Sequence record: SRR2962707_5101
DNA length: 34,932 nucleotides
Reading direction: 5' to 3' (one strand)
Part shown: positions 30,861 to 34,932 of the stretch, piece by piece
Layout of the letters: every line of letters begins with the position of its first letter
How positions within the stretch are numbered: the stretch's first letter is position 1
Notes under the pieces: generated by a model
Seen by the model: only the letters and a program-made list of their open reading frames with translations
The model's database searches: none
What the model was told of the DNA's origin: nothing
Position numbers and translations under genes: made by a program

Positions 30861-31460
30861 ATGAACGTAACACACCGTTGGCTTTCTATTTTTGAAGGCT
30901 GTGTATTGGTTGCTTTAGGCATACACATTCTGAACTCAGCCGGTCTACTGATTAGTGGCACTGCTGGAATCGGTATGATACTGAGACAGCTAACCGACCT
31001 TTCTTTTGGGCAGTTATTCTTTTTGCTCAACATCCCTTTTTATCTGCTTGCTTGGCGTACTTTAGGTCGAGACTTTACCGTTAACACCTTTATCAGTATT
31101 AGCTTGTTGTCGATTTTCTCTGAGTTAATGAAACACTTTGTTTCGATTGATATGAACCCTATTTTATCGGGTACCTTAGGGGGATTATTGGTGGGTTTTG
31201 GGCTCATTATTTTATTCCGACATAACGCCTCTTTAGGTGGGTTGAATATTCTCTCTGTGTATTTAGAGCGCCGCCATGGGATTCATGCCAGCAAGACCAC
31301 CTTAGTGGCTGACTTATTGGTTTTTGCGGTGGCGATAGTGACATTAAAAGCGGAAAGCATAGGCTACTCTTTGCTTGCCTTTGCTTTTTTAAGTTCAGTG
31401 GTAGGGCGCTACCATCGACCACCCAAATGGGCGCACGCCAAAGAAATCAAAGCGGCTTAA
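30861..31460 (+). CDS. YitT-family (DUF161) membrane protein
   Basis: GLLISGTAG, FGQLFFLLNIPFY, LFRHNASLGGLNIL, YHRP; GAGGA RBS. Confidence 0.9.
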   Translation: MNVTHRWLSIFEGCVLVALGIHILNSAGLLISGTAGIGMILRQLTDLSFGQLFFLLNIPFYLLAWRTLGRDFTVNTFISISLLSIFSELMKHFVSIDMNPILSGTLGGLLVGFGLIILFRHNASLGGLNILSVYLERRHGIHASKTTLVADLLVFAVAIVTLKAESIGYSLLAFAFLSSVVGRYHRPPKWAHAKEIKAA

Positions 31461-31490
31461 TTGGTGGTTCACCAGTTGGTAGAGGCAAAC

Positions 31491-31519
31491 AAGCCAATAA
31501 GAGGCCGTCTTATTGGCTT
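31491..31519. terminator. Hairpin between convergent genes (putative bidirectional terminator)
   Basis: AAGCCAATAAGA-GGCCG-TCTTATTGGCTT perfect 12-bp stem. Confidence 0.7.
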
Positions 31520-31570
31520 AAAGATTGACGCTAAGTACTGACTCATGTGCGTTGGCTTACTTCATATTGA

Positions 31571-32710
31571 TTAATGTGAATGCTGATGAGAATGGCCTTT
31601 GTTCATTTTCATCATCATCTGCTTCGTTAATGAAACAACCATGAGAAACGCAAGAATGACGCCGGTTGATAGGGTAACCCAACTAGGCAATAGCGTGAGC
31701 TCAGGACCAATTTGAGGCACCACTGAAATATCAAATTTAGTCACCAGAAAATCGACTAAAAAACCGAACAATAACGCACCGCCTAATACCCCTGTTAAAT
31801 ACCCTACTAAGGCTTTCTTGCCTAACTCTTTTGCGACAACACCTAAGGTGGCAATGTTGGTAGCAGGCCCTGCCATCATAAAAACGAGGACGGGTCCTGG
31901 TGCCACACCGGCTAATAAAAGACCCGCTGCGATGGGGGTCGATGCGGTCGCACAGATATACATGGGGATGGATATCAGCACCATAACAAGCATGGCCAAT
32001 AAGCCATTCCCCCATGATGCTAGAAAGTCACTAGGAATGTAGGTTTGCACTAGGGCCGCAAACCCCAAACCAACCAATAACCAAAGGGCGGTATCGTCTA
32101 ATAGCTCTGTGGCAGCATAGTGAAGGCTTGAACGAATTTTAGCCGTGATGCTTGCAGACTTTACTGACGCATCATTTGTTGAGCAGCAGGACGCTTCAGC
32201 TGTGCTGGTTGTGCCGCAGCACGATGGCTCTGCGGGTGTGCTGGTAGCACAGCACGAGCTCGCTTCCTTGGCATTCACTTGCGTTGCCGACTTTGTATTA
32301 GGGACGCCATCATCGTCATCTCGGCCCACCAATAACCCTGCCAGAATGGCACTAAAAACGGCGGCGATAGGGCGAATAATGGCCATAAAAGGCCCTAGTA
32401 AAACGTAGGATACGGTAATGGAGTCGACCCCAGTTTCAGGCGTGGACACCAAAAAAGACGTGGTAGATGCTTTGGAAGCGCCCGCACGGCGTAAGCCCAC
32501 CGCGGCGGGAATAACACCACAAGAGCACAGTGGCAATGGTGCGCCAAAGACGGCGGCTTTAACAACGGATTTTAGGCCGTGTCCACCGAGTTGCTTGTTC
32601 ATCCAGCTCATTGGAACAAACACCTTGAGCAGGCCGGCCAAGATGAACCCTAGGAGTAGCCAGGGAGCAGATTCCAAAAAAAGTTCCGCAAAATGAGTTA
32701 AGAAGGCCAT
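31571..32710 (-). CDS. SO_0444-type Cu/Zn efflux permease (DUF318/ArsP family)
   Basis: ESAPWLLLG, GAPLPLCSCGVIP, STPETGVDS, PMYICATASTP, GPATN; central Cys-Cys repeats; His-rich tail; ATG 32710 is 8 nt after AGGAG (alternative GTG 32719). Confidence 0.9.
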   Translation of the reverse strand: MAFLTHFAELFLESAPWLLLGFILAGLLKVFVPMSWMNKQLGGHGLKSVVKAAVFGAPLPLCSCGVIPAAVGLRRAGASKASTTSFLVSTPETGVDSITVSYVLLGPFMAIIRPIAAVFSAILAGLLVGRDDDDGVPNTKSATQVNAKEASSCCATSTPAEPSCCGTTSTAEASCCSTNDASVKSASITAKIRSSLHYAATELLDDTALWLLVGLGFAALVQTYIPSDFLASWGNGLLAMLVMVLISIPMYICATASTPIAAGLLLAGVAPGPVLVFMMAGPATNIATLGVVAKELGKKALVGYLTGVLGGALLFGFLVDFLVTKFDISVVPQIGPELTLLPSWVTLSTGVILAFLMVVSLTKQMMMKMNKGHSHQHSH

Positions 32711-32715
32711 GGTAT

Positions 32716-33159
32716 TCACTCCTTTAGACAGTGATGATGTTCTGGTTGAACGTTATGAACATCAGATTCCAGTGCTTCGAGTATGGTGCACTGAGCCGCG
32801 CTTCCAGGGCCGCCACAGCAGGCATCAGACAGCTGTTTTAATGATTGTTGGAAGTGGTTAAGTTCGGCGATTCTTCTTTCAACTTCTTCAAGTTTAGCAT
32901 CGACCACTATTTTGACATCGGCACAGGCGTTGTTGTCTTTATCGACCTCGATAGAAAGCAGCTCATGGATATCCGCTAAGCTAAAGCCAACGGTTTTGGC
33001 GCGAAGGATAAAAGACAATGTTTTTTTGTCTTGCTCGGTATACAGCCGATAGCCTGAATCAGAACGCTTTGATGGCGTTAATAGGCCATGCTTTTCATAA
33101 AATCTGAGCGTATCACTTTTTACCTTGAAGTCGTTTGCCAGCTCTCCAATACGGTACAT
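32716..33159 (-). CDS. zntR: Zn(II)-responsive MerR-family regulator ZntR
   Basis: MYRIGELA...DTLRFYEK, GYRLY, C.DVK, DACCGG....CTILEAL metal ligands; start at ATG 33159. Confidence 0.92.
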   Translation of the reverse strand: MYRIGELANDFKVKSDTLRFYEKHGLLTPSKRSDSGYRLYTEQDKKTLSFILRAKTVGFSLADIHELLSIEVDKDNNACADVKIVVDAKLEEVERRIAELNHFQQSLKQLSDACCGGPGSAAQCTILEALESDVHNVQPEHHHCLKE

Positions 33160-33189
33160 GCTTTTCTCTCTTGAATGATAGTTAAGACA

Positions 33190-33221
33190 AGTATAAACCT
33201 TGGATGTTAGTCCAAGGTCAA
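33190..33221 (-). promoter_or_regulatory. MerR/ZntR-type promoter-operator
   Basis: Minus strand TTGACC-N20-TATACT containing the palindrome ACCTTGGA-N6-TCCAAGGT. Confidence 0.9.
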
Positions 33222-33348
33222 GATTTTGGTGATGTATTCTGATGAGATTGAAGATAGAGGCTAAAGTAGGATAGAAATTCATAGTAAAACAAGGGTAGAC
33301 TCTAAGATGTTGTTTAAAAAACACACATTGGTGATTTTGTAACAGGTG

Positions 33349-33364
33349 TGGCACTCTATTTGAA
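33349..33364 (+). promoter_or_regulatory. Possible sigma-54 promoter (variant -12)
   Basis: TGGCAC-TCTAT-TTGAA, GG-N10-GA spacing, about 25 nt before the ATG at 33390. Confidence 0.4.
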
Positions 33365-33389
33365 CCAATTAAGGAAGGCATAACGGAGC

Positions 33390-34932
33390 ATGAAGCAAAT
33401 ACCCACAGTATTGATTGTCGATGACGTACCTGAGAATTTGCGGGTATTAAATGACGTTATCTCGGCATTAGACTGCCAGGTTGTCGTGGCCAATTCAGGA
33501 GAGCGTGCATTGGCTTTGTTGGAGCGAACTGAGCCTTGCCTTGTCCTTTTAGACGTTATGATGGGTGGGATTGATGGTTTTGAAACCTGCCGCCAAATAA
33601 GAGCCAATGCCAAGTTTAAAGATCTCCCTGTGGTGTTTGTTACCGCCTTAGTAGACGATATTAGTCGTGGCTTCGATGCGGGAGGAAACGATTACATAAC
33701 GAAGCCTATTCGTGTTGAAGAAGTACGCTCGCGTGTTGCTCATCAGTTGGAGCGTTTCAATTTGACGAATGAGCTAAAAGACTTGAACCTTATGTTGGAA
33801 GAAAAGGTTCGGGATCGCACCGCCGACTTAAATTTAGCCAATCGTCATTTACGCAAAGAAGTGAATGAGCGGCGCTATATGCAAGACCGCTTGAACTATC
33901 TTGCCCAGCATGACTTTGTCACTCAGCTTTATAATCGCGACGCATTAGACGAGCATATTACCCACCTTATTTCCGGTGTTCAGTCCAAAACGAACGCCCA
34001 CGTTCCTTACTTTGTGTTAATCGACATTAATGAGTTCCATCTGATTAATGATGCCTGTGGCTGTATAGCAGGCGATGAATTGTTGCATCAACTTGCCACT
34101 GTTATTAATGACTTATGCTCTCCCCAGCGAGATTTTTGTACGCGTTTGAGTGGCGATAAATTTGCCATCGCCGTTGGGCGAGGAGGCGCCGAAGCCGTTG
34201 AGTCGCTCTTCCGTATCATGAATCAGCGTATTGAAGACTTTGTTTTTGTTTGGGATGGTCGTCAATTTAGAACATCCCTGACGAAAATTGCGATCCCCAT
34301 TACCGTCGATATGGTGTCTTTTGAGCAAGTGATCATGTTGGCGGACGAAGTGAGTTACTCCTGCAAGAAAAGCGGTATTTATTCACGCATTGTGGAGAAC
34401 GCAGACGCCCTTGCTTATGAAGAGCGTAGAGGCAATTTGAATTGGGGGCTGCGTATTATTGATGGCCTTGAGAAAGATCTGTTTGAGGTGCATTTTCAGC
34501 AGCTGTTTCCACTGACAGAAACAAGGACGCTTGGCAAAAAAATTGAAATTCTAGTTCGTTTGAGAGACGAGAAAACGGGGAAACTGCTTTATCCGAATGA
34601 CTTTATTCGCGCAGCGGAGCGCTTTGGCATCATCTCCAAAATAGACCGTTGGGTCATCAGCCATACCATGCAACAGCTGGCAGAAAGGCCGCACCTATGG
34701 GAAGAAGTCAGCCAGGTGGCTCTGAATGTGTCTGCGTTGTCGGTTCGTGAAGCGGATTTTGCAGATTTTATTGTCGCACAACTGGAAAAATACCAGCTTG
34801 ATGGCCAGAAGTTTTGTTTTGAAATCACAGAAACTGAAGCGCTGAATAACTTTGTAGATACGCGTCACTTTATGTCTCTATTGCATGAGTGCGGCTGCAG
34901 TATTGCGCTGGATGATTTTGGAACGGGCTTTT
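33390..34932 (+). CDS. REC-coiled coil-GGDEF(degenerate)-EAL response regulator / c-di-GMP phosphodiesterase, 3' truncated by window end
   Basis: Manual translation: MKQIPTVLIVDD...LLDVMM...DYITKP (REC), HDFVTQLYNR...RLSGDKF (GGDEF-like), EILVR...FEITE...ALDDFGTGF (EAL); open to window end, absent from the ORF track because it has no stop. Confidence 0.93.
   Translation, partial: MKQIPTVLIVDDVPENLRVLNDVISALDCQVVVANSGERALALLERTEPCLVLLDVMMGGIDGFETCRQIRANAKFKDLPVVFVTALVDDISRGFDAGGNDYITKPIRVEEVRSRVAHQLERFNLTNELKDLNLMLEEKVRDRTADLNLANRHLRKEVNERRYMQDRLNYLAQHDFVTQLYNRDALDEHITHLISGVQSKTNAHVPYFVLIDINEFHLINDACGCIAGDELLHQLATVINDLCSPQRDFCTRLSGDKFAIAVGRGGAEAVESLFRIMNQRIEDFVFVWDGRQFRTSLTKIAIPITVDMVSFEQVIMLADEVSYSCKKSGIYSRIVENADALAYEERRGNLNWGLRIIDGLEKDLFEVHFQQLFPLTETRTLGKKIEILVRLRDEKTGKLLYPNDFIRAAERFGIISKIDRWVISHTMQQLAERPHLWEEVSQVALNVSALSVREADFADFIVAQLEKYQLDGQKFCFEITETEALNNFVDTRHFMSLLHECGCSIALDDFGTGF

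Noticed and set aside
33160-33381. 74-aa N-terminal extension of ZntR in the ORF track
   Set aside because: The MerR domain begins at MYRIGELA (ATG 33159) and the extension runs through the ZntR-type promoter; it is open by chance.

Overview
A 34.9-kb, mostly core-genome chromosomal window from a marine gammaproteobacterium (protein style and gene order suggest Oceanospirillales, Marinomonas-like; this is inference, not a database match). Left arm: CNNM/PaeA-type membrane protein, a divergent LysR/DMT pair, a divergent TetR/fadH pair, a DUF2254-type membrane protein and an unknown membrane-anchored coiled-coil protein. Centre: a hybrid Fe-S locus iscR-sufBCDS-sufA-sufT-sufE-iscS with no iscU/hscBA/fdx, running into the conserved ndk-rlmN-pilW-rodZ-ispG-hisS-yfgM-bamB-der block. 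Right arm: enoyl-CoA hydratase family gene, rsmS, tpm, ygiQ, a YitT-family gene, a zntR-SO_0444-type metal permease operon and a truncated REC-GGDEF-EAL gene absent from the ORF track. No rRNA, tRNA, CRISPR, transposase or prophage is visible. The most interesting signals are non-coding or architectural: a structured leader upstream of the YitT gene (candidate unclassified cis-regulatory RNA); a near-consensus sigma-28 promoter in front of the unknown FliL-like-anchored protein; SUF genes sitting inside the isc locus with an IscS that lacks its IscU-docking tail; and readable operators for IscR, the TetR, the LysR and ZntR.
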